Positions 39,202-48,518 of a DNA stretch of 57,135 nucleotides are shown here, in pieces (the stretch's first letter is position 1; every line of letters starts with the position of its first letter). Where the stretch lies: positions 1 through 57,135 of the forward strand of contig SOIV01000160.1 of NCBI GenBank assembly GCA_004377005.1, read 5' to 3'. The notes under the pieces were generated by a model that worked only from the letters and a program-made list of their open reading frames with translations, searched no databases and was not told the DNA's origin. Both the position numbers and the translations under genes were made by a program. Source of the DNA: Candidatus Aminicenantes bacterium. Its GTDB lineage: Bacteria > Acidobacteriota > Aminicenantia > Aminicenantales > Aminicenantaceae.

Positions 39202-39519
39202 ACCGCCATTTGCGACGGTTTGAATTGTCTCTTCTAGTAACTGGCACACAACTTCCGTGCTTGATTTAAGGTCACCGGACAGCACTGGGCATTTATTTCT
39301 TCTTTTCTCTTTTCAATTTTCGTTTTTCCTTTGGATTAAGCTTGGCCTTTTTCTGATGTTCCCTTTTGCCTTTATCTTTTTTTCCCTTATCACCCATATC
39401 TATTTCTCCTTGCTTGAAAATGACTTACGCCGAACTGTTCGCTATCTAATCGGATGTTACCAATATTACCGGTTAAAATCAATATTGTTTTTGAAATTAT
39501 ATGGAAGTTCCAACGTCTT

Positions 39520-39729
39520 CCATGGAAAACGGCATCCAGTGAAAATGGGAGAACCAGTTGTCATACATTCAGACATTCATTTGCCACGCATCTTTTAGAA
39601 GACGGATATGATATCCGAACAGTTCAAGAACTCCTAGGGCATAAAGATGTTCGAACAACAATGATTTATACACATGTCTTGAATCGAGGAGTTCGAGGAG
39701 TATTGAGTCCTGCAGGCAAATTGAAATAA
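39520..39729 (+). pseudogene. C-terminal remnant of an integron-integrase-type tyrosine recombinase
   Basis: The translation [51 protein letters not shown] contains box II (HxxR...Y) and the IntI-like tail NRGxxGVxSP. About 250 N-terminal residues, including the first catalytic Arg, are absent. Confidence 0.7.
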
Positions 39730-39916
39730 ATTCACCTCTTAGAATCGCAGAAAGCAATATTGATTTTGACCGACAATATTAGTAACATCCGTTTAGACAG
39801 CGAGAAATGCTGCAAAACACAAACGGCAAAAAGTGGACGATTACGACAAAACAGATTATATTCAATAAGTTATCCCCTGCTTCGTTCAAACTGCATAACG
39901 CAATAGACTGCGCTAA

Positions 39917-40200
39917 ATGCCGTATTTGCACAAGCAAAATGGCTGTATAATATATGTTAGGCTTCCAGCATACCTAATCAGGGCAAAAACCTCTCCATAC
40001 CATACTCTGAACACCAGATCCGCGCAAACCCATTCTTCGGATTGCTGCAATCGAGGTACTTCTCAACCACATCTTGCACAATGGGAAAGAAGTATCCGTA
40101 TTCTATCCCATATCGATATTCATATTCAGCCACAAACTGCTCAAAGTAATGAAAAAGCACGCTTTCCCCCTCAAAGGCCGAACGGATAGGATCAGGAAGG
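39917..40200 (-). pseudogene. N-terminal remnant of an IS91-family (Y2) transposase
   Basis: The translation FEQFVAEYEYRYGIEYGYFFPIVQDVVEKYLDCSNPKNGFARIWCSEYGMERF matches the Zn-ribbon N-terminus typical of IS91-type transposases (...YLDCGxxxNGFARVxCxxCGHE...). The Cys ligands are degraded, there is a premature stop, and no catalytic domain follows. Confidence 0.6.
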
Positions 40201-40438
40201 TTTGACTGTCCGAAGGGATTTGTATCAGAAGGCAGAATTTTATATTATAAATTATATATAAAATTATGGAAGAAATTGCGTCTCTTTTCGTCTAAATATG
40301 TAAGTTGCTTAGAGTACAGCTCTACCTGTTCAAGAAGAACGCAGTGAAAAAAGAAGGCATCCAGATAGCTACTATAATAACCGAGTTGGTAAGAGAAAAC
40401 GTACCGCGAAAAATAATTTATCATGTATCGTTAGGTGA

Positions 40439-41734
40439 GTGATTATGCGAAAATTAACCATCATCATATTGATCGTATTCCTGGCTCTAGCTGTGAGCTG
40501 TGGAAAATCGGGCGACAGCGGCATAGACAAAGGGACGAAGCCGGCAGAAAAACAACAGGCTGAGAAAACTCCAGATAAGAAAGGCACTCTAGGCAGGCCT
40601 GGCCAAAAGCCTGGAGCCAAATCTCAGGATGGCAAAGAGATCGATGTCGATAAGCTTGATATTCCCGACCACATGAAAGAGGCCATAAAATCAGGGCGCA
40701 TCCCGAAGGACCAAATCCCGGAGATCCTTGCCCGATTTCAGGGCGGTGGAGGGCCGGCGGCCCCGGTGAGTGTGACGCCAGTCCAGCGCCAAAACCTGAA
40801 CTCCTACCTCGTCCTCAACGGCATCGTCGAGCCCGAAAAGAAAGTCGAGATTTACTCTCACCTTTCCGCCTATGTCAAGAAGATCGTGAAGGAAGAAGGA
40901 GATTACGTCAAAGAAAATGATGTCCTGGCCCAACTCGATGACACGGAAATCATAATTATCTACAACCAGGCAAAGATCCAACTGGACCAGGCCAAACTAA
41001 ACCTTGAGGAAGCAGAAAATAACTACATCCGCAGTCAGGAGCTTGTCAAGCGTTCGCTCGTTTCCGAACAGGATTTCCAGGCTACCGAAGCGCAGTTCAA
41101 GCAAAGCCAGTTAGAGTACCAGAACCGTATGGAGAATTTCAATAATCTCAAGCTCCAGCTGGACTGGACTAAAATTCGGGCGCTTTCCGAAGGCTATATC
41201 ACCGAGCGGCTCATCGAAGCCGGAGATCGCGTTAACTCCAACACGCAGGTGTATACGATCGAAGATTTCAATCCCTTGCTTATCCGCGTGTTCGTCCCCA
41301 CGTCTGATGCTATCAATCTCGCTCTTGGTATGTCCGCGGAAGTGACCACCGATGTTCTGAAGGGATTAGGGTTCGAAGGTAAGGTCAAGCTTATCAACCC
41401 TCGGATCGATGTCGAGACCGGAACAGTCAAAGTCACCGTCGAGATCTTCGACAATTCCCTCCGTCTGCAGCCGGGGATGTTTGTGAAAGTCCAGATAGCC
41501 ATCGGGATGAAAGAGAACGTCTTGGTTATCCCTCGGAAAGCCATCCTTTACAAGCAGAACAAGAGTTATGTCTTTGTCCTGAATCGGCGCCAAGTGTCCC
41601 AGCGCGAGGTCCTTCTCGGCCTTCTCGAGGAAGACCACGTAGAAGTGACAGAAGGGCTGAATGAAGGCGAAGTCATCGTAATAGTTGGAGTCGAAGGGCT
41701 CAAAGACGGCCAAAGAGTCGACGTGGTTCAATGA
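40439..41734 (+). CDS. RND efflux periplasmic adaptor (membrane fusion protein), probable lipoprotein
   Basis: 431 aa. Signal peptide ending LAVSCGK, a Lys/Pro/Gly-rich linker, then the HlyD/MFP pattern of barrel-sandwich, coiled-coil hairpin and beta-barrel. It overlaps the next gene by 4 nt. Confidence 0.88.
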   Translation: MIMRKLTIIILIVFLALAVSCGKSGDSGIDKGTKPAEKQQAEKTPDKKGTLGRPGQKPGAKSQDGKEIDVDKLDIPDHMKEAIKSGRIPKDQIPEILARFQGGGGPAAPVSVTPVQRQNLNSYLVLNGIVEPEKKVEIYSHLSAYVKKIVKEEGDYVKENDVLAQLDDTEIIIIYNQAKIQLDQAKLNLEEAENNYIRSQELVKRSLVSEQDFQATEAQFKQSQLEYQNRMENFNNLKLQLDWTKIRALSEGYITERLIEAGDRVNSNTQVYTIEDFNPLLIRVFVPTSDAINLALGMSAEVTTDVLKGLGFEGKVKLINPRIDVETGTVKVTVEIFDNSLRLQPGMFVKVQIAIGMKENVLVIPRKAILYKQNKSYVFVLNRRQVSQREVLLGLLEEDHVEVTEGLNEGEVIVIVGVEGLKDGQRVDVVQ

Positions 41735-44700
41735 AAATCGTTAAGTTTTCCATCAATCGTCCAGTAACCATCTTTATGTTCACAGTCGCCGCGATCATCT
41801 TTGGCTTTATCTCCTATACCAAACTAAACCTGAATTTACTGCCAAAGATTTCCTATCCCACTCTTACCATCCTGACAGAATACCCTGGAACCGCCCCTTC
41901 GGAAATCGAGAACATCATCTCCAAGCCGATTGAGGAGACCTGCGGAGTTGTTGACAATGTCGTGCGTATCTCTTCGGTCTCCCGTGCGGAGCTCTCCGAG
42001 ATCACGGTCGAGTTTGCCTGGCACACCAACATGGATTTCGCTACCCTGAAACTCAGAGAAAAGCTGGACCTGCTTCGCCTTCCCAGGGACGCAACTAAGC
42101 CGGTCATCCTCAGGTACGATCCCAACCAGGAACCCATCATGAGATTAGGTTTGACCGGCGATGCTGATCTGGCCCGCATCCGTTTTATAGCAGAGAGAGA
42201 AGTCAAACAGGCCTTGGAGAGTATCGAGGGGGTTGCAGCTTGCTCCATATCAGGCGGTCTGGAAGATGAAATCCACATCGACATCGACGAGCAAAAAATC
42301 AGCCTTCTCAATATCCCCATCACTACCGTGACCAATCGCCTTGCGCAGGAAAACGTGAACCTCTCCGCCGGGATCCTGAAACAAAAAGACAGCCAGTTTC
42401 TGGTTCGGACCGTCAATCAGTTCAAAACCGTGGAGGAAATTAAGGATATCATCATCGAAAAACGGGGCGATGTCCAGCTCACCCTGGGAAGCATTGCGGA
42501 TGTGTACCGTGGCCATAAAGAACGGAAAGTCATTTCTCGCATCAATGGTCGAGAATGTATCGAAGCTGCCATCTACAGGGCCGCGGATGCCAACACTGTC
42601 GCAGTAGCTAATGCTGTCACCGACAAGCTGAAGGTAGTTCAAGCAAATATCCTGAAGCCCAGGAATATGGATTATCTGATTATCACCAACCAGTCAAAAT
42701 TCATCAAAAACACCATCAAGAAAGTCAAGCAAACCGCCCTTATCGGGGGCGTACTGGCCATCCTTGTTTTACTTTACTTTTTGAAAAACTTCCGTAGCAC
42801 CCTGATCATCGGCGCTACTATACCCATTTCCGTCGTCATTACATTCTTTCTCATGTATTCCTCCAATATCTCCTTGAACATAATCTCGCTCGGAGGATTG
42901 GCACTCGGGATCGGGATGCTGGTTGACAACTCCATCGTTGTCTTGGAGTCTATCCAACGTTACAGGGAAAAGGGAACAGACTCGTACAAAGCCGCTTTGC
43001 AGGGAACATCCGAGGTAGCTGGAGCCGTAACTGCCTCCACTTTCACAACGGTAGCGGTATTTTTTCCGATTGTGTTCGTGGAGGGAATTGCGGGTCAGCT
43101 TTTTAAAGATATGGCCCTGACGGTGACTTACTCTCTGCTGGCTTCTTTAGCTGTGTCCTTGACTCTCGTTCCGATGCTCAATGCAACCCTGCGCCGTGAA
43201 AATTCTAAGGAGTGGCTGACCGGATGGCTTAAGGTGCTTTTTAAACCACTGGATAAGATTTACAGCCAATTTTATCTCTCTTATAAAAAAATCCAGGATT
43301 TCTCCTTTGGGCATAAAAAAATCATTTTCATTACTGTGATAGTGCTCTTTTTCACAGCCATCTTCATGACCCGCTTCATGGGCAAGGAATTGATCCCGGT
43401 CATTTCCCAGGGAGAATTTTTAATCAATGTCGAGTTTCAGCCTGGAACCGCCCTCAAAGAAAACACCGCTATAATCACAGATATATCTGAAGTCCTAAAA
43501 AAACACAAAGAAATAGAGAGCATCTACGAGCTCATAGGGAAAGGCTCCAGGGGCGGCATCTCCTTTCAAGAAGAACGGGAAAACCTCTCCGAGTTCACTC
43601 TCCGCTTGAAACCGGGAATCCTGGGAAAAAAGGAAGATCGAATCATGGATCTGGTCAGAGCCGACCTGGAAAAGTTTCCAACAACCAAAGTCAAAGTCTA
43701 CAAACCCCGCTTGTTCTCTTTCAAAGCTCCTCTCGAAGTAGTAGTCCTGGGAAACGACCTCGAGATGATCAAACAGGTCTCAGACGAACTCCTGGAGAAA
43801 ATCCGGGGTGTGGACGGAATCACCGACCTGAAATCCAGCATGGAAGAAGGCTATCCAGAAATCCAGATCATTTTCAACCGGGCCCTGCTTGCTTCTCAAA
43901 ACATGACCATAAACTCGGTAGGAGTCCAGATCAGGAATAAAATCGAGGGAGATGTCGCAACACGCTTTATCGAAAGCGACCGTGAGGTAGACATCCGGGT
44001 TCGCCTCTCGGAGGGTTTCCGAGACCGCGTGGATAAGATCGGCCGGATCAATATCCGCAACGGTTTGGGCATGATGGTGCCGTTGAAAGCGCTGGCAGAG
44101 ATCCGAATTAAAGAAGGTCCGGCAGAAATACGCCGTATCCTCCAGCAAAAATCTGCGGTCATCACCGGGAACATCTCCGGAATTTCCCTGGATACCGCCA
44201 AGGAAAAAGTCATGGCAGCAGCCGCGTCCATAGACTGTGGTCCCGAATGCTCGATCTACCTGGCCGGACAGAGCATGGAGCAGGACGTGGCCTTTTCCTC
44301 CATGATTTTCGCTATTTTCCTAGCCGTGTTTCTGGTCTATCTGGTCATGGCCTCCCAGTTCGAATCCTTTATAAAGCCGTTTATCATCATGTTCACCATC
44401 CCATTCGGTATTATCGGGGTCGTTATCGTCGGACTCGTGTTCAGCATGTCAATCAACGTGATCGTACTCATCGGCCTGATCATTCTTTCCGGTATCATCG
44501 TGAACAACGCTATCGTGCTGGTCGATTACATCGGAAAGCTCGAGAAACAAGGAATGTCTAAGATGGAAGCCATCAAAACCGCTGCGCAGGTAAGGTGGCG
44601 GCCGATCATCATGACCTCGATTACGACAGTGCTGGCACTTGTGCCCATGGCACTGGATTTTAATGAGGGATTCGAGATCCGTATCCCCCTGGCCCTGACA

Positions 44701-44877
44701 TTGATCGGAGGTTTGGTCTTCGGCACCTTTCTAACCCTGATCTTTATCCCCTTGGTCTACAGCATGGTGGTCAGGGAGACTAAGGTTACCGAAGAGAAGC
44801 AAAGCCGCTTCTTGGGTTTTCCAAAGAGCTTCAAAATGACTCCGCCTCTGGACAAGGCTAAAGCGAAAAAACCATGA
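41731..44877 (+). CDS. RND (AcrB/HAE1-type) efflux transporter, first of two tandem pumps
   Basis: 1048 aa with 12-TM AcrB architecture (MKIVKFSINRPV..., two large periplasmic loops, GLALGIGMLVDNSIVVLE). 4-nt overlap with the downstream pump. Confidence 0.93.
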   Translation: MKIVKFSINRPVTIFMFTVAAIIFGFISYTKLNLNLLPKISYPTLTILTEYPGTAPSEIENIISKPIEETCGVVDNVVRISSVSRAELSEITVEFAWHTNMDFATLKLREKLDLLRLPRDATKPVILRYDPNQEPIMRLGLTGDADLARIRFIAEREVKQALESIEGVAACSISGGLEDEIHIDIDEQKISLLNIPITTVTNRLAQENVNLSAGILKQKDSQFLVRTVNQFKTVEEIKDIIIEKRGDVQLTLGSIADVYRGHKERKVISRINGRECIEAAIYRAADANTVAVANAVTDKLKVVQANILKPRNMDYLIITNQSKFIKNTIKKVKQTALIGGVLAILVLLYFLKNFRSTLIIGATIPISVVITFFLMYSSNISLNIISLGGLALGIGMLVDNSIVVLESIQRYREKGTDSYKAALQGTSEVAGAVTASTFTTVAVFFPIVFVEGIAGQLFKDMALTVTYSLLASLAVSLTLVPMLNATLRRENSKEWLTGWLKVLFKPLDKIYSQFYLSYKKIQDFSFGHKKIIFITVIVLFFTAIFMTRFMGKELIPVISQGEFLINVEFQPGTALKENTAIITDISEVLKKHKEIESIYELIGKGSRGGISFQEERENLSEFTLRLKPGILGKKEDRIMDLVRADLEKFPTTKVKVYKPRLFSFKAPLEVVVLGNDLEMIKQVSDELLEKIRGVDGITDLKSSMEEGYPEIQIIFNRALLASQNMTINSVGVQIRNKIEGDVATRFIESDREVDIRVRLSEGFRDRVDKIGRINIRNGLGMMVPLKALAEIRIKEGPAEIRRILQQKSAVITGNISGISLDTAKEKVMAAAASIDCGPECSIYLAGQSMEQDVAFSSMIFAIFLAVFLVYLVMASQFESFIKPFIIMFTIPFGIIGVVIVGLVFSMSINVIVLIGLIILSGIIVNNAIVLVDYIGKLEKQGMSKMEAIKTAAQVRWRPIIMTSITTVLALVPMALDFNEGFEIRIPLALTLIGGLVFGTFLTLIFIPLVYSMVVRETKVTEEKQSRFLGFPKSFKMTPPLDKAKAKKP

Positions 44878-47800
44878 ATTTACCTGAATTTTCCATAAAA
44901 AAACCTGTTTCCATTATCGTAGTCATGCTTATTTTCATCACCATTGGGGTGATATCCATACTCAAACTTCCGCTGGAAATGATGCCCGACATCTCCTTCC
45001 CAGGACTCATGGTACAAATTCCATATCCTTCCTCCTCTCCTGAGGAGGTGGAGCGCACCATTACCCGGCCAATGGAAGATATCCTGGCCACTATCAACAA
45101 TCTCGAGAATCTCAGATCTACCTCGTCCTCATCATCCTCCCGTATCCATCTTCAGTTCAAGGGAGACACAAACATGGACCTGGCTACCATGCAGATCAGG
45201 GACAAAATCGACCAAATCCGGAACGACCTCCCAGATGACATCGAAAATATTCGAATCCGCCGCTTTTCGATGAGCGACCGGCCTGTGATCCAATTCAACC
45301 TGGCTTTGCCCGGCGACCTGGAAAACATGTATTATTGGTCCGAAAATTACATCATGCAGCAGTTGGAACGGATAGAGGGCGTGGCCAATGTGGAAACCCG
45401 GGGAATCCGCAATAAATTGTTGACCATCTATCTTAAACCCGAGGTTTTCTATTCTTCATCTATCCGCATCATGGATCTAACTGACACCATCCGTAACAAC
45501 AACATCAACATATCAGCCGGTTATGTGGAAGAAGGCCCCCTGCGCTTAGTGACACGCATTCCGGGGGAACTGAAGATCCTTGAGGATGTGAAAAACCTTC
45601 CTGTTAGCGACAGAGGCCTTACTATCGCCGACGTTGCTCGCGTGACCTACGATTACCCTCCCAAAGAGGAATATAACCGCCTGGACAGGAAAGAGACTGT
45701 TCGCTTCCAGATCTACCGTGCTTCCAACGCCAATATCGTGGATGTGTGCAACAATGTCAAAGCGACTATGGCACGGATCAAAGAGACAGAACCTGAGCTT
45801 AAAGATATGACCGTAATATTCTACCGCGATCAATCGCGGGATATTTTAAAGAGTCTCAAAGATCTGAGCTTTTCCGGAATCGTCGGCGGCCTTCTAGCTG
45901 TATTCGTCCTGCTCTTCTTCCTGAGAAAATTGCGTTCCACCATTATCATCGCCATGGCCATCCCCATGGCTATTGTATTTACTTTCAGCTTTATGTACCT
46001 TTACCGCGACATTTTCCGCGCTGATATTTCCATCAACATCATATCCCTCAGCGGACTTATGATGGCGGTGGGAATGCTGGTGGATAACAGCGTAGTGGTC
46101 CTGGAGAACATATTCCGGCTGCGTCAGGAGAAGAATTATTCCCCGATAAAAGCTTCCATGACTGGAGCCAGTGAGGTGGTCATGGCTGTCACCGCTTCCA
46201 CTTTGACAACCTTGGTCGTTTTTATCTCATTGGGTTTCATGGCGCGGTCGGGATTCGGGCGCTTCATGAAGGACTTTGCTCTGACTATCTCCCTGGCCCT
46301 GATTGCCTCTCTGATCGTTTCCCTGTCGTTCATTCCGCTGGCAACAAGCCGACTCCTGGCCGGTAAAACCAAGGAGAAAGCTCGTTGGCTGGTTAAATTA
46401 ACAACGATTTACGAGCGTATCATCAGCTTTACTATCAAAAACTGGAGGACCAAGCTTCTTGTTGTTGGTCTGGCCGTCGGGATCTTTTTCGTCTCCTTCC
46501 AGATTTTCAAAAACATCGAGCAGGAGTTCATGCCGAGCAGTGACCAGCGGGAAATAGATATCTCGGTCTATATGCCGCGCAGTTTCACACTGAACGAGAT
46601 GAAATCCCTTTTCTTTAATATCGAGGATATCCTCCTTTCTCGGAAGGACGAACTCGCCATCAAATATCTGGAAACCGAATTCGGCGTGCGACGTATGCGG
46701 CAAGGACGGTTCCGCGGGTCAATAGAACTGGAATTGGAAGAAAAAGGAGCGTCAGTAACCGAAATCAAAGAAAAGCTTAAGAACCTGCTTCCCAGGCGGG
46801 CCGGCATCACCTACGAGTACGGGCAGCGTTTTGGCCGTCACGGATTCCACCGCGGAATTTCTGTGGAATTGATCGGTCTGGATTACACAAAACTAACCGA
46901 GTTGGCCCCGATGGTAATCGAAAAGCTGCGGACGGTCGAAAATGTGGAGGATATTACCAGTGACTTGGAGGGTGGAGACACGCAGCTTTTGGTCGAAGTG
47001 GACCGTGCCAAGGCAGAAAGTTCTGGTGTGAGCAGCCGTATGGTGGCCCAGACCATTTCCTCCTCTATTTCTGAAAGGGCTATCGGAAAATTCAAAACAG
47101 AAAACCGAGAGATCGACATCATCTTGAAAATCCAGGGAGAGGATGGATTTACCGAAGAAGACCTCCGGAATATCAGCCTGCGGACCCGCTCCAAACGGAT
47201 TCCCCTCTCAGCAATATCGACTATTTCTTACCGTTTAGGATCGACTTCCATCCAAAAAGAAAATAAAAAATCCAAATTGAACATACGCATCAATACAAAA
47301 ACACAGGGCATGATGGCTATCTCCAACGACGTACGCCAGGTCTTGAGTACCATCCAATTCCCCGAAGGCTATACGTGGAGCCTGGGATCCGGGTGGAGGC
47401 GTTTCCGTGAATCCCGAGGAGAATCCAATATGGCCATCATCCTCGCCCTTATCTTCATCTATATCATTATGGCCTCTCTATTCGAGTCCTTCGTACATCC
47501 TTTTACGATTCTTCTAACTGTTCCCCTGGCATTGTTCGGAGTGGCTGTATTTTTCACCCTCACGAATATCACCTTGAACACGACCTCCTATTTAGGGCTT
47601 TTGGTTCTGTTCGGGATTGTGGTGAATAACGGGATCATCCTCATCGATCACATCCGGACACTTCGCAAATCCGGGATGGAAAAGAACGAGTCTATCGTCC
47701 AGGGAGGCAAAGACAGAATGCGGCCGATCATCATGACTGCCATCACAACTATTTTCGGGGTGCTGCCGTTGGCGCTCCCCGTCCTTCTGCCCCAGTTCTT

Positions 47801-47975
47801 TCAGGCTGCAGGACGGAGAGCACAAATGTGGGCACCTATATCCGTGGCCATTATCGGCGGGCTGACCACCTCAACTTTCTTTACGTTGATCTTCCTGCCT
47901 ACTTTTTACTCCATCTCGGATACAGTGGGGACTAAGGTCAAATCCCTCCTTGGGTTCAAAAGCACCAAAATCTGA
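44874..47975 (+). CDS. RND (AcrB/HAE1-type) efflux transporter, second tandem pump
   Basis: 1033 aa with the same architecture (MNLPEFSIKKPV..., GLMMAVGMLVDNSVVVLE). Confidence 0.93.
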   Translation: MNLPEFSIKKPVSIIVVMLIFITIGVISILKLPLEMMPDISFPGLMVQIPYPSSSPEEVERTITRPMEDILATINNLENLRSTSSSSSSRIHLQFKGDTNMDLATMQIRDKIDQIRNDLPDDIENIRIRRFSMSDRPVIQFNLALPGDLENMYYWSENYIMQQLERIEGVANVETRGIRNKLLTIYLKPEVFYSSSIRIMDLTDTIRNNNINISAGYVEEGPLRLVTRIPGELKILEDVKNLPVSDRGLTIADVARVTYDYPPKEEYNRLDRKETVRFQIYRASNANIVDVCNNVKATMARIKETEPELKDMTVIFYRDQSRDILKSLKDLSFSGIVGGLLAVFVLLFFLRKLRSTIIIAMAIPMAIVFTFSFMYLYRDIFRADISINIISLSGLMMAVGMLVDNSVVVLENIFRLRQEKNYSPIKASMTGASEVVMAVTASTLTTLVVFISLGFMARSGFGRFMKDFALTISLALIASLIVSLSFIPLATSRLLAGKTKEKARWLVKLTTIYERIISFTIKNWRTKLLVVGLAVGIFFVSFQIFKNIEQEFMPSSDQREIDISVYMPRSFTLNEMKSLFFNIEDILLSRKDELAIKYLETEFGVRRMRQGRFRGSIELELEEKGASVTEIKEKLKNLLPRRAGITYEYGQRFGRHGFHRGISVELIGLDYTKLTELAPMVIEKLRTVENVEDITSDLEGGDTQLLVEVDRAKAESSGVSSRMVAQTISSSISERAIGKFKTENREIDIILKIQGEDGFTEEDLRNISLRTRSKRIPLSAISTISYRLGSTSIQKENKKSKLNIRINTKTQGMMAISNDVRQVLSTIQFPEGYTWSLGSGWRRFRESRGESNMAIILALIFIYIIMASLFESFVHPFTILLTVPLALFGVAVFFTLTNITLNTTSYLGLLVLFGIVVNNGIILIDHIRTLRKSGMEKNESIVQGGKDRMRPIIMTAITTIFGVLPLALPVLLPQFFQAAGRRAQMWAPISVAIIGGLTTSTFFTLIFLPTFYSISDTVGTKVKSLLGFKSTKI

Positions 47976-47983
47976 TTATTTTC

Positions 47984-48180
47984 AGGGACATCCCCACAGA
48001 ATCATTCAGCTTATGGATTGAAGAAGGAGAAATTGTCTATCCTGTTTTAAGAATAATCATCTCCGGGAATCTGGGGGAATCCTGAATGATAGGGAAATAG
48101 TTAGAAATAATCTCGACTTTTGGACTGCCCTCTCCGGTCAGATAATTAAGACCAGCGAAATGACCGTAGCCGGGCAGTAA
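47984..48180 (+). pseudogene. Displaced, frameshifted duplicate of the last 198 nt of pmbA
   Basis: It aligns by hand to 37411-37608 with about 46 differences, including a 1-nt deletion. There is a shared 19-nt identical core AAGGAGAAATTGTCTATCC (37451-37469 / 48024-48042). Correcting the deletion gives ...GNLGE(I)LNDREIVRNNLDF...MTVAGQ*, ending at a TAA in the same position as pmbA. Confidence 0.85.
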
Positions 48181-48207
48181 GAATGTAATCTATTATTTTT
48201 TTCTTTT

Positions 48208-48354
48208 TTATTTTTTCTTAGTCAAATAAGAAATAATAACAATTACAACTCCCAAACCCATCAATACCCAAGCAAGGATGTCCATGGATGCGGATTGGGT
48301 AAGTATTCTTACGAGAAAGCCGCCGATCAGTAAAACCAGGCCAAAAATACGCAT
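48208..48354 (-). CDS. Small (48 aa) two-TM membrane protein, hypothetical
   Basis: Below the 60-aa ORF-track cutoff. ATG at 48354 is preceded by AGGAGGAGGAG with a 5-nt spacer. Translation: MRIFGLVLLIGGFLVRILTQSASMDILAWVLMGLGVVIVIISYLTKKK. Confidence 0.45.
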   Translation of the reverse strand: MRIFGLVLLIGGFLVRILTQSASMDILAWVLMGLGVVIVIISYLTKKK

Positions 48355-48419
48355 TTCTTCTCCTCCTCCTTACCTCTTTATCCCTTAATACCCCCCCGGT
48401 ATAATAATCAATTCTGTAT

Positions 48420-48439
48420 GGGCTTGATTTATCAAGCCC
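48420..48439. repeat. Second complete copy of the GGGCTTGATTTATCAAGCCC palindrome
   Basis: Identical 20-nt palindrome, with the same flank (...CACCT), as at 14842-14861. Confidence 0.8.
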
Positions 48440-48518
48440 ACCTGTATTAAATCTAAGAAAGCATATCATTAATTCATCCTCACTTTTTAAGGATGATGTA
48501 AGCACCATGGGCAATTAG

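Noticed and set aside
37609-39520. Functional integron (attI plus attC-flanked cassettes) associated with the IntI-like fragment
   Set aside because: The integrase is reduced to its last ~65 codons. I could not identify R''/L''-L'/R' attC architecture or a GTTRRRY core flanking the aminotransferase gene, so only the recombinase remnant is reported.
39257-39598. 113-aa ORF upstream of and overlapping the integrase remnant
   Set aside because: It is a Phe/Leu-rich translation of T-rich DNA with no start-site support, it overlaps the recombinase-homologous frame, and it has no recognisable domain.
48218-48514. 98-aa minus-strand ORF between the nitroreductase gene and the pmbA remnant
   Set aside because: It runs through the GGGCTTGATTTATCAAGCCC palindrome and, in another frame, overlaps the better-supported 48-aa membrane ORF (strong RBS, TM-like composition). 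Its own sequence is low-complexity.
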